From contig LSRY02000003.1 of the NCBI GenBank assembly GCA_001643675.2, positions 1,178,001-1,242,000 on the forward strand: DNA of 64,000 bases, read 5' to 3'. Source of the stretch: Monocercomonoides exilis PA203 (taxonomy: Eukaryota > Protista > Preaxostyla). A program made the position numbers and the translations under genes. Under the pieces are notes generated by a model. That model saw only the letters and a list, made by a program, of their open reading frames with translations, was not told where the DNA came from and searched no databases. Positions 24,292 to 36,506 of the stretch are shown one piece after another. Positions within the stretch are counted from its first letter, which is position 1; the number at the start of each line of letters is the position of its first letter.

Positions 24292-26379
24292 ATGCAGCAA
24301 CATAAATGTGTATGGAGGAATGGTGTATTTTCGACAATAGAGATCGTGAAGTTTTGGTTTATATCTATTGAAGAAAAGTTCAATGCCACAACAGCAACAG
24401 TTGGAAATGAATTTTTTGTTGAATATTTCAACATCTCAACGCAAATCAATGAAAGCCAATTCCAGTTTGATTTTCGAGAAGGCAACTTCAATCAATTCAA
24501 TGCAATATATGGAGGTGACAGTTGTGAACACAAAGAAGATACAAATCTGATTGAGTTTGTGACTATTCATCAGAGTGACACAATTGTTGTGATCAGTGTG
24601 GATGGATCAAATAACAGACAACGTGGAACAAACACACTTTCATGTGACTCAAATGATTATGGTCTGATGCATTTGACATCTGATTTCATGAGCGTGATGA
24701 TTGTTGTTGAAGAGAGTGTAATAGGAAGAGATATAAATCTGAATGAGATGGGTTTTAAAGGGGGAGAAGGTATGGAGAAAAACACATCTCTGCGGATATT
24801 GGATGAGGGATGTCAATTGGGAGGAATAGCGAGTGAAAGAGGATCATCATTTTTCATCCCTGTCTTGGAAGAAGTGAAGAGCACAACACAGGCGAGTGGG
24901 GGCATGGACTTGAGCATTCGTGGGAAGCTGCTTCTTCCTCACAAATTGTCACAAGAGATAAGTATGAAAGATGGGGATGAAGAGGAGCTTGTGAGAAAAG
25001 GGATTGAAGAAGAAGGGTTTGCATCAGAAAATGAGATTCACTCAGTTGTTACACGTTCAGAATGGGAGAAAGTGAGAGAAGAGACAGAAGTGAGTGTGTG
25101 GATTGTGTTTGGAAAAGCTGATTCTCCATCCGCAACTGAGTCATTCATTGTGAAGAACAGGAGTGAAAGTGTTGGAAAAGGAGATGAAAGAATTGTTGAA
25201 GGAGGGATAGAAAGGAAATCATATTTGTTGCTAATTGTTATAATCATGACAGTTATTCTTGTGATTGTTTTGATTGGATTCATTTTGTTTGTTGTTCGTT
25301 GGAGAAAGCAAAAGAGAAGAACAAAGGAATTGGAAGAGATTGTGAATGATAACATCAAGAAGGATCCGAAGGCATTTGAGATGGTGACGATGGAGATGCC
25401 ACCCGAGGAGCAGAAGAGGAGGGCAGAGAGGGAGGCTGAGAAGAAGAATGAAGAGAGAATTAAGAAGAGGGTGTACGAGAAAAGCTTGGGACACTCGGAG
25501 TCATCAGAGCGTCTTTTGTCTGAGAGTGGTTCCACTGAATACATATTGGGCAGAGATTCAGAGAAGATTCCACAATGGGCACTGGAAAAGGCTGATGATG
25601 AGGAAGAGGAGAAAAGGAAGCGAAAGCCATCGCCATCCATTTCATCCACTTCAACGACAGATACGTCAGATACAGACACAACATTTGTTCGAGGAGAGGA
25701 TCTGTGCCCCAGAACCTCTTCAATGTCGAACTTGGTGGATGCAATGGCATGCTCATCACCTCATGAGAAGCTGATTGTGGACTTGAGGGATTCTCTGTTC
25801 ATGTTGCTTCATGGGAGGAATGAGAAGAAAGATCTGGCGAATGGCACGTTGAAGGAGAGGGAGGTGACAGGAGCGCAGATGCTGTTCTGGGTGGCTGGTG
25901 GGGCGCTCTTCTCCTTCGAAGACGGAGAGGACGATCTTCCCTCTCTGCCAAACCTCAGCCCACACATCGTGCTGTTCTCCGAGCACATGGTCATCTGCAT
26001 CGCCCTCCATTCAGATTTCTCTTCTGATGATTCTGACACATCTTCCATCTCTTCATCAACCGTTGTTACATCTGAAAGCGATGATGATGATGATGATGAC
26101 AGAAACGATAGAGACTCTCTGCCCTCATCAGCATATGAGGAAGAGGATGAGGATGCCTTCAAAAAAGAGTGCCTGAGGTGGAAGGCACCTGAGTTTCTGA
26201 TCAACAAGAAGATGGAAGCAACAAAGAAGTCGGTGGTGTTTTCGATTGGGATGATGGCGTGGGAGAGCCTGACGCTGGAAGTGCCATTTGTGGAGGATTC
26301 AGCAGAAGCAGCGGGGCAGAAGATTGTGAACGGGGAGAGATCGAATGTGAAAAAAGTTGAGTGGTATCGACTGAAATGA
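24292..26379 (+). pseudogene. Captured, 5'-truncated and internally deleted receptor-pseudokinase copy (695-codon ORF) in the left arm
   Basis: Homologous to 19070-22000 of the full-length gene. About 299 codons are deleted in frame at ~24750. TM and pseudokinase are kept, there is no signal peptide, and the ATG lies in eroded upstream homology. Confidence 0.8.
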
Positions 26380-26731
26380 ATGATGGTAAAAAATGAATAG
26401 GTTCAGATGCCAGATAAAATTTCATTTTCAGAAATGAAAAAAGAATTTATTTGGTAATCACGTGCGAATGCTGCAATGCCGATAGTGTCAAATGCGATAT
26501 GTTATGTAGGGGGAATTAGAGAAGAAAGAGGCGATAGCTTTGCTCAAAGAGACAGCAGAATAGTGGAGTGTATTCTGATGGATGAGCACAAAGACATTAT
26601 CGTTGTTATCAATGGGAACAGCCCAAACAACAAAAACGATAGAAATTGAAAAGACAATTTTGAAATAAACGAAATGTGTATGTGTGAATGCATTTAAGCA
26701 TTGATCGTTGAATGTAAATATATACTTCAAT

Positions 26732-29700
26732 GGCATAGGTGTAACTGCGTCCCTTTTGCAATTCTTGTTTTTGATCATTAATTTTGTGATGTTTGAAATG
26801 CAAAAATTATTTAAAAACTTTTGTATGGACCGGTTTTTCGCAAAAATTTTTGTTTCTCGCAAAAAAACTATTTTTAAAAATGACCCATAAATATGAGTAT
26901 TTTTTCAAAAAATAAATAAAATTAGATAATAATGAAATAAAAAGTGGATAAAAGGTCATTAATTATTATATTGTCCTATTTTAATAATAAAAAATTGAGA
27001 AATAAAACATAAAAAAAAAATAAATTAAAAAATAAAAAATTATTTGATCAATCCCATAACTAAATTTCATGTTTGAAAGGAATCTGTTTTTGCTTTTTTG
27101 CAAAATAGATTGTGCAAATTCTGGCAGATCTACATAAAACTTCATGAAAATGAAATTTCACATTATAAGATGAAAATTAGCATTTGAATTTGCTTCAACA
27201 GGCTGCGCATTTTCATTTTGAATATCAAAGATCATTCTTGTTCATTTCAGAAATGATTCAGTTTTGAAAATGCTATTTATTAATTCCTCTTTTTTGTTAG
27301 TATTGTATTATGTTGCTTTATTCGAAAATGTTCGTTAATAATATTCATATTTTGTTTTTTTCTTTTTTTGTTCATTTCAGCATACCGTTAATTGATTTTC
27401 GATTCAATGAGATATTTATAAATATTTTTTTTTGTTCATATTGTGATTTCTTTTGAAAAAAATAAACGAATGAATTTAAAATTGTTCTCCTTGAAAAACT
27501 TCTTCATTGAAAAAAAAATATAGTAATTTCATATTCATTTTTCCTTTCACTTTTTTAATTTTTTATCAGTTCGTTGAGAAAAAAGAGTGTTCTTTTTATT
27601 CATCAGCCTTTCCATTGCATGCTTCACTTATTTGGAATATCAAAAAACTACGAATAAATTGTTTGATTAAAAAATAACAAATAAATAACAGAATGAACAA
27701 TATTTCCATTTCAAGAAGTTTCAAATTCTTTCTCTATCTGTATCTTTAACTCTATCTCTATCTCAATCTTTATCCCTTTCTCTTCGCTTATCTCTTTCTC
27801 TCTCTTCATATTTTAAATCCTCTTCTTCTTTTCTCAACATCTTTGTCTTCTTCTCATAATTGCCTTCCATTTCCCTTTCCCTCCCTCCTTCCATCTCCCT
27901 CTCCCTCCCTCTCTTTCTCTCTGCTCTCCTCTGGTAATATTTCCATCGTCACTATCTCAATCAATTTCGGATCCTTCTTCACTGTGTAATTCACTTTCTC
28001 CTCCAGTTCTTCTACTCTTCTCTTTTGCTTTCTCCATCTGATTGCCAGAACAATTGAAACAATGAGAACTATCAAAAGAATTATTGCCATAATAATCACG
28101 ATCAACAACCAATAAGATTTCACTTCTTTTTTATTTTCAACCACTTTTTCATCTCCTGTATTTGATTCTGTTTTGTTCTTCAGAATTTGTGGAGAAGTAT
28201 CTTCCAATGGCTTCCCAAACTATATCATCACTGATTCCTCCGTTTCATCTACAATTGAAGAAATATTTTCTGATGGAATTCTTCCAATCACTTCAGTTTC
28301 CGATTCAGACCCATCTTCCTCAAACTGATAAGTCTCAACCAACTCCACATCCCCTGTTTTGAATATCAACCTGAATGACAAATCACATGAAAAATAAGAG
28401 ATCCTTTGAATCTCACAACAATGTGACTTCCATTTTCATTCACAGAAATATCTTCCAGTTTGGGATAGAAGAAAGGAGATGGCTTTTCTCCAGCAATTCC
28501 TTTGAGAGTGCATCCCTCATTCAACATCCAAAGTGATGTGTTTGGCAAAACTCCATCTCCTCCTTTCAAACTCATCACATTCAATGTTCCTGAATCTGAA
28601 CAAATAACATTCCTTCTCAATGATGGATACGTTTCAATCGATGGATTGTTGTCAATGAATTCTCCTTTCTCAATAATCACATTTCCTCCTCTCATTGTTA
28701 TTCCACCTTCTGGTGAATTTGTGATTGTTGAAACTTTCATCACCATGGAACTCTTCACAACATCCACAAGAGATCCATCCCATCTGCACATCTCTTCTTC
28801 AATATTCAACTGCTTCTCATTTCTTTCCTTTAAACTTCCATCAAAAATGCAACTATCCATTTTCACATCCAAACAATTCTCCAATTTCATCAATTTTCCT
28901 TTTGAAGTCTTTGAACAGACTCCACCCATTGTGCAATTTGCTAATCGCATCGTCTTTTTCATTGACAAGCAAGATATCAATGATTCTTCTTTTCCTTCAA
29001 CTGTGATATTTTTTGTATTGAAATCCTTGATTGTTAATTGCCCGCATTCATTAATATCTATAAGTGAATGAGAAATCGTTGAGTTGCTTATCTCAAATGA
29101 ATCAATCACTGATGGAAGAGAAGATGAAAGATGCAGTGCAGATTTATGAAGAATGAGATTTGATATAGAGCACACATCAAGTTGTAATTCTCCTTTTTCC
29201 ATATTTATTATGTGAAATGGAATATTTGCTAAACCTGCATTTACACCTTCCATCAGTTGTTTTGTTGTGAATGAGCAATTCATCACTTCGAGAATTCCTC
29301 CGTCTGGTGATGTTAATGATTCATGTGAAGAGATGAAGTTCGAATCAAACGCAAAGCTGACTCTCAACATTGAAACTGTTCCAGTTGCTGTTATCAATGC
29401 CTCTCTGTTTTCTTCAATCTTTGTTTCAACTTCACCTTCACAATTTTCTCTGTTCTTTGAACTCAAACTCATTTCCTTCAAATTTATCTCTTCTTCAATT
29501 GCGCTCTCTTCGACAACAATCATTTGGCTCATGAAATCTGAAGTCAAATGAACAAGTCCATGGTCTATTGATGCACAAGGAAGTATGTTTGTTCCACATC
29601 TCCTCTCATTCGTTCCATTCACACTGCTCACAATGATCGTGTCACTCTGATGGATCGTCACAAAATCAATCAGATCTGTATCTTCTTTGTGTTCGCAACT

Positions 29701-30630
29701 ATCAATTCCATATATCGCATTAATTCGTGAATAGCGGCCTTCTCGAAGATCAAACCGAAATTGCTTTTCATAAATCTGGGATGTTATGCTGATGCATTCA
29801 ATAAAAATTTCATTCCCCACCCTTGCTGCAAATGCGCTGAATTTCATCTCAATCCATGAGTATCCAATTTTCTCTGTTCAAAGTATTCAGAAAAATTTCA
29901 TCTCCTTCTCCCCCTGTGCAATTGCTGAATTTTTTTCATTCAATTCTGTTTTGTCTTTCATATCCATCTTATTTCAGAAAAAAATTAATGAAATTTTTAG
30001 TGTTTAGCCAAAAATTTAAATTAAACAATGTTAATAATTAAAAAGAATGTTTCTTACACTATGTTAGTTCTTCTATGTACACATTTATCATGGATTAATG
30101 AGAATGTCTTCAAATTGCATGCAAATAATCATCCTAAAAATCAAAATCAAAATTCATAAAGAATTGAATGAAATGTTAAAAATCATTCAGTGCACACTTT
30201 AATATAATATACAAATATTATATTTCAATAACAGACATAAACTGGTGTTTCACGGATGACTAAAGAAACTTAATTTAAGTTTTTTGGATAATGAAAATAT
30301 AATTGTGGGATTGATCAAATAATTTTTTATTTTTTAATTTATTTTTTTTTTATGTTTTATTTCTCAATTTTTTATTATTAAAATAGGACAATATAATAAT
30401 TAATGACCTTTTATCCACTTTTTATTTCATTATTATCTAATTTTATTTATTTTTTGAAAAAATACTCATATTTATGGGTCATTTTTAAAAATAGTTTTTT
30501 TGCGAGAAACAAAAATTTTTGCGAAAAACCTGTCCATACAAAAGTTTTTAAATAATTTTCACATTTCAAACATCACAAAATTAATGATCAAAAACAAGAA
30601 TTGCAAAAGGGACGCAGTTACACCTATGCC
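26732..30630. mobile_element. Nested non-autonomous Merlin-type element (element C), 3.9 kb, 325-bp TIRs
   Basis: TIRs at 26732-27056 and 30306-30630. Perfect 8-bp TSD ACTTCAAT at 26724-26731 and 30631-30638. Confidence 0.92.
27800..29900 (-). pseudogene. Captured receptor-family fragment (membrane-proximal ectodomain + TM, no kinase) in element C
   Basis: The 493-aa ORF 28366-29847 aligns with 19075-20540 of the full gene. Frameshifts at ~28400 and ~28215. ORF 27854-28207 has the TM and KKDPK motif, then decays into GA-rich sequence. Confidence 0.85.
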
Positions 30631-30968
30631 ACTTCAATTTTAACTGTAATGAGATGATGTTTGTTTTTGTTTCGAATTTGGATAATCGTTTCGTTGGACT
30701 AACTCTTTTATTATATATTTATTGATGAATCGAATTGATGCTATGAATAAACAACAAGCATTTTTTGAATTTTCATTTATTTTTATTATGTTTTGAAACA
30801 ACAAAAACAACTGTGCAAATAATATTTGAAAAAAAAATATATTTTTTTTCTTTAAAAATTCATAATATAAAAGTGCATATTTCACTCGAATACACAAAAA
30901 AGAGCCATAATTAATATATATTAATTCAAATTTTTTTTTTGCTTTTGCAAAGCCAATCCATTTCACAA

Positions 30969-32367
30969 ATGGTTGAAAACAAATCATTCGAAAAAGAATT
31001 AACATTCAGTGAATTTTTAATGCGATCTAATGGGAAAAATCAGTTGGCTATTGAATTGCTTTCCAAATTGGGGATTATAAAAAGGAATCGAATGTGCTGG
31101 AAATGCGAAAAAGCAATGGAATTAATGATGCAAAAAAAAAGAAAGTGATAACAATGCTTATAAATGCACGAAATGTGTGAAGAATTACAGCTGGAATTAT
31201 GATTCAATTTTTATGGAATTTCATCTTTCACCATTCAAACTTGCATCATTGTTGTATCATTTTTGGTACAAACACTCAATAAATGAAGTCACTTTTGAAT
31301 CGAAAATTTCAAACAAAACTGTATTGAAATTATTCTAAAAGTTGAGAGGAATATGTTGTTATTTTGAAACATTCGAAATGGAGAAAATCAGAAAAGATCG
31401 AATAGTAGAAATAGATGAAACTTTAATTCATAAAAGAAAGAACGGTGTTGGGAGATGCAGAGAACGGCAATGGCTATGGGGAGTAGAAGAGAGAAAAGAA
31501 ATTGGAAAGCCACAAAAATTGATTGTCGAATTTCTTCCAGATCGAAAAGCTGATGCCATATTGTATTTTGTAAAAAAGAACATTGAAAGATCTTCAACTA
31601 TTATGTCTGATAAATGGTCAGCATATAACTGCATTAGTGAAAACGGCTTCACCATTGACAGTTTCAATCATTCTCTCAATTTTGTTAAGCCTGAAAATCC
31701 TAAAGTTAACACTCAAACAATCGAAAGTGTGTGGTCCCATCTGAAAAACCACATTCCAAATAGAGGAAGAACATATATCAAGACAAAAGAATATGTTTAT
31801 GAATTTCAATATAGGTTCAACAATAGACTAACATCTACAGCATATATAAAGGAACTTTCAAAAATCAGCAAGAAAAGTTTGGATATTTTCTTCGTGCTTA
31901 CAATGAAAGCGTTGCAAGTTTGAAAAGCATTCTTCTGAAAGAAAGGAAATTAAAATTATCTTCTTATTTATTAAAGAAAGAGGAATTGAGAAAAAGAAAC
32001 AACTATGAAATGTGTGATGAAAATGAACTTGATGAAATGTTGAAGAAAAAAAGATCATCAAAGCTAATATCAGAAATAAAAGAATCAACAAATTCAAAAA
32101 GAAGAAAAATAGATGATGAAGAAGTGAAAGAAGAAAAAGAAAAGATTTAGATCATGCGACGGAAGATTTCTGAAAAACAACGACAGCCAACAGTTAAAAA
32201 CGTTAGAGTTTGAAACCCTAAAGTTTTGTGAAAAAAAAGAGAGAAAGATTGAAGAAATGGAGAAAAAAGAAAAAGATAAAACAAATGCAATTCTTAATCG
32301 AAAAATACTAAGAAGTTTTATTAAATCAACAAATATTGGAACAGAACAGTCTCCAATAAATTTATGA
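30969..32367 (+). pseudogene. Merlin / ISXO2-like (IS1595 family) DDE transposase, disrupted
   Basis: N-terminal Zn ribbon CWKC...CTKC. VEIDET, IMSDKWSAY, NHS..FV and NTQTIESVWS are typical DDE_Tnp_IS1595 motifs. Frameshift in the A-run at ~31132-31140, in-frame TAA at 31336-31338, and probable further frameshifts at ~31865 and ~32140. Confidence 0.9.
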
Positions 32368-32876
32368 ATTTTTATTTCACAACACTATCAATTACATCAC
32401 ATTTTGATCACGTTGCAAAAAAAAACTAATTAACACAAATGTTCGAAAATGAATTTCAAATAAAAACAAACTTCATTTCCTTTTAGTGAAATGAGAATTA
32501 CACATTTCGATGCAAATGTGTAAACATTCTTGTAATCGTAAACATAAATAAGTCCATACGTATATCCACCTACATATAAATTATCATTTGTTTCATTATA
32601 TTGTTCTAACCATGCTTCACAGACACAGATTGGCATTAACATTTGCTTCACTTATTTGTTCCATCTTCACGCACAAGACACAAAAATGCTCAGACAATGC
32701 ACTCTTTCCAATGGACTCTGCTGCAATCCCTATTGTATCAGTCATTGTCTTCACAGTTTCACCTTCCGGAAAATCTTCAACCAGCACACACTTTATTTCC
32801 ACGTGCGATAGCCTGTCTTCAAGATCCGATAGCACACTCATCTTCACTTTCTGCTTCAGCCTGTTCTTAAAACCAG

Positions 32877-34937
32877 CTATTTGTCTTGCCTCTCCCCGTT
32901 CACAATCTTCTGCCCCGCTGCTTCTGCTGAATCCTCCACAAATGGCACTTCCAGCGTCAGGCTCTCCCACGCCATCATCCCAATCGAAAACACCACCGAC
33001 TTCTTTGTTGCTTCCATCTTCTTGTTGATCAGAAACTCAGGTGCCTTCCACCTCAGGCACTCTTTTTTGAAGGCATCCTCATCCTCTTCCTCATATGCTG
33101 ATGAGGGCAGAGAGTCTCTATCGTTTCTGTCATCATCATCATCATCATCGCTTTCAGATGTAACAACGGTTGATGAAGAGATGGAAGATGTGTCAGAATC
33201 ATCAGAAGAGAAATCTGAATGGAGGGCGATGCAGATGACCATGTGCTCGGAGAACAGCACGATGTGTGGGCTGAGGTTTGGCAGAGAGGGAAGATCGTCC
33301 TCTCCGTCTTCGAAGGAGAAGAGCGCCCCACCAGCCACCCAGAACAGCATCTGCGCTCCTGTCACCTCCCTCTCCTTCAACGTGCCATTCGCCAGATCTT
33401 TCTTCTCATTCCTCCCATGAAGCAACATGAACAGAGAATCCCTCAAGTCCACAATCAGCTTCTCATGAGGTGATGAGCATGCCATTGCATCCACCAAGTT
33501 CGACATTGAAGAGGTTCTGGGGCACAGATCCTCTCCTCGAACAAATGTTGTGTCTGTATCTGACGTATCTGTCGTTGAAGTGGATGAAATGGATGGCGAT
33601 GGCTTTCGCTTCCTTTTCTCCTCTTCCTCATCATCAGCCTTTTCCAGTGCCCATTGTGGAATCTTCTCTGAATCTCTGCCCAATATGTATTCAGTGGAAC
33701 CACTCTCAGACAAAAGACGCTCTGATGACTCCGAGTGTCCCAAGCTTTTCTCGTACACCCTCTTCTTAATTCTCTCTTCATTCTTCTTCTCAGCCTCCCT
33801 CTCTGCCCTCCTCTTCTGCTCCTCGGGTGGCATCTCCATCGTCACCATCTCAAATGCCTTCGGATCCTTCTTGATGTTATCATTCACAATCTCTTCCAAT
33901 TCCTTTGTTCTTCTCTTTTGCTTTCTCCAACGAACAACAAACAAAATGAATCCAATCAAAACAATCACAAGAATAACTGTCATGATTATAACAATTAGCA
34001 ACAAATATGATTTCCTTTCTATCCCTCCTTCAACAATTCTTTCATCTCCTTTTCCAACACTTTCACTCCTGTTCTTCACAATGAATGACTCAGTTGCGGA
34101 TGGAGAATCAGCTTTTCCAAACACAATCCACACACTCACTTCTGTCTCTTCTCTCACTTTCTCCCATTCTGAACGTGTAACAACTGAGTGAATCTCATTT
34201 TCTGATGCAAACCCTTCTTCTTCAATCCCTTTTCTCACAAGCTCCTCTTCATCCCCATCTTTCATACTTATCTCTTGTGACAATTTGTGAGGAAGAAGCA
34301 GCTTCCCACGAATGCTCAAGTCCATGCCCCCACTCGCCTGTGTTGTGCTCTTCACTTCTTCCAAGACAGGGATGAAAAATGATGATCCTCTTTCACTCGC
34401 TATTCCTCCCAATTGACATCCCTCATCCAATATCCGCAGAGATGTGTTTTTCTCCATACCTTCTCCCCCTTTAAAACCCATCTCATTCAGATTTATATCT
34501 CTTCCTATTACACTCTCTTCAACAACAATCATCACGCTCATGAAATCAGATGTCAAATGCATCAGACCATAATCATTTGAGTCACATGAAAGTGTGTTTG
34601 TTCCACGTTGTCTGTTATTTGATCCATCCACACTGATCACAACAATTGTGTCACTCTGATGAATAGTCACAAACTCAATCAGATTTGTATCTTCTTTGTG
34701 TTCACAACTGTCACCTCCATATATTGCATTGAATTGATTGAAGTTGCCTTCTCGAAAATCAAACTGGAATTGGCTTTCATTGATTTGCGTTGAGATGTTG
34801 AAATATTCAACAAAAAATTCATTTCCAACTGTTGCTGTTGTGGCATTGAACTTTTCTTCAATAGATATAAACCAAAACTTCACGATCTCTATTGTCGAAA
34901 ATACACCATTCCTCCATACACATTTATGTTGCTGCAT
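32877..34937 (-). pseudogene. Mirror copy of the captured receptor-pseudokinase ORF (686 codons) in the right arm
   Basis: Protein is identical to 24292-26379 up to ...KIVNGER, then has a different tail. Confidence 0.8.
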
Positions 34938-35211
34938 TGATTAATGCTTATCATTTAACATCTATTTAATTTCATAAGAAAATGAATGATATTTAATGTG
35001 TTTTGCGAAAAATTTTAATAAAACAATGTTAATAATTAAAAAGAATGTTTCACACGATTTGTTTGTTCTTCTTTATTCATTGGCACCATAGTTTAATAAT
35101 AATATCCTTGTGCTGCATGCAAATAATCTTCCTAAAAATCATAAACAAAATTCATAAAGATTTGAATGATATATTGATAATTATTTATCACACACTTTAA
35201 AACTATATTTA

Positions 35212-35661
35212 CAGTCTAAACCGGATATAATCACATCTGTTTTTGCACAACTTTTTGTGACTATATCCGATTGTGATAATATACGATGCTGCTTAACACA
35301 GAAAAAAATAAAAATCAATCAATTAATTAATTAATTTTGGGTCGATTTTTTCATTTTCGAAAATTCTTCATTAAAACGCATTTTTCACTCGCGAAAACAA
35401 TTTTTTTCATAAATACATATTATTTTGACTTATTTGAGCACATTTTTGAAAACGCGAAAATTTGAGATTTTTGATCAAAAAATCGATTTTTCATTGAAAT
35501 AATCACCCATAATAACAAAAAATGTGATTATATATTTTCAGCCCTGTGATTGTATGCGATGGAAAATGAATGAAAAATAGGCCAAAAATGTCGGTGCATG
35601 GAAAAATGTGACTATATGCGAATGTGATTATATTCGACGTGATTATATCCGGTTTTGACTG
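35212..35661. mobile_element. Mirror copy of the 450-bp TA-flanked MITE in the right arm
   Basis: TA|CAGTCTAAACCGG...CCGGTTTTGACTG|TA; reverse complement of 23568-24017. Confidence 0.85.
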
Positions 35662-36506
35662 TATATATATGATTCGTTATATGTTCGCAAACGAGGGTTC
35701 AATTCACGATGAAAGAAACTAATTTCTTATTTTTTGGATATTAAAAATTTAATTGTGGGATTGATCAAAATATTTTAATTTTTTTAATTTATTTTTTAAA
35801 ATGTTTTTTTACTCGAATATTCTTTTGTATTATTTGAAAATAAAACAATTTGTGACCTTTCATCCCCTTTTTATTTCATAATTATCTTATTTTATTAAAA
35901 ATTTGTAAAAATACTCATATTTATGGGTCATTTTTAAAAATGGTTTTTTCACGAGAAACAAAAATTTTTGCGAAAAACCGGTCCATACAAAAGTTTTTAA
36001 ATAATTTTTGCATTTCAAACATCACAAAATTAATGTCTAAAAACAAAAATTGCAAAAGGGACTCAGTTACACCTATGCCCAAAAAAGTCTTTTAAGAAAT
36101 AAAATAACACACACAATACACCGAGTGTAGATTAAAGAAAAATAATAAAAAACAAAAGATTGATAATTTTGCATTAAAAGAATTGAAGAATTAACTAAAA
36201 ATAAAAAATTTCAAAATTGTCACTGGATATTCATTAACCCTAATCAAATTTTTCACAACAGCAACTAGCTGGCTAAAGTAACAAAAAACAAAGTGTTACC
36301 AATCATTGAACAAATAAAACACAAATAAACTTAAAGAATATGAAAGTCAAACTATGATATTCAAACTTCGCTTTTGAAGCATTAAAATAATAATACATAA
36401 AAAAAAAAATAAAAAAAAAAAAAATAAACATAATTCAAAATAATAGCTGATTGAAATCTTTTTATATAGATTATCACAAAAAATGTACACTCTTCGAAAA
36501 AAGAAA

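Larger units (their letters stand above)
23151..36079. mobile_element. 12.9-kb composite Merlin/IS1595-type transposon (element B) with ~3.19-kb inverted arms
   Basis: GGCATAGGTGTAACTG at 23151 and CAGTTACACCTATGCC ending at 36079. 8-bp TSD CAAAAAAG at 23143-23150 and 36080-36087. Arms 23151-26339 and 32890-36079 mirror each other (coordinate sum 59229). ISXO2-like transposase in the spacer. Confidence 0.92.

Noticed and set aside
31336-31338. TAA read as Gln (alternative code known in some oxymonads)
   Set aside because: ATG8 and BTF3 end at TAG in expected positions, and multi-kb ORFs contain no in-frame TAA/TAG. It is better explained as a nonsense mutation.
30639-32620. Transposase as an independent short element or bacterial IS1595 contamination
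   Set aside because: No separate TIR/TSD was seen around it. Its AT content fits the host, and element B's ends and 8-bp TSD match this transposase class.
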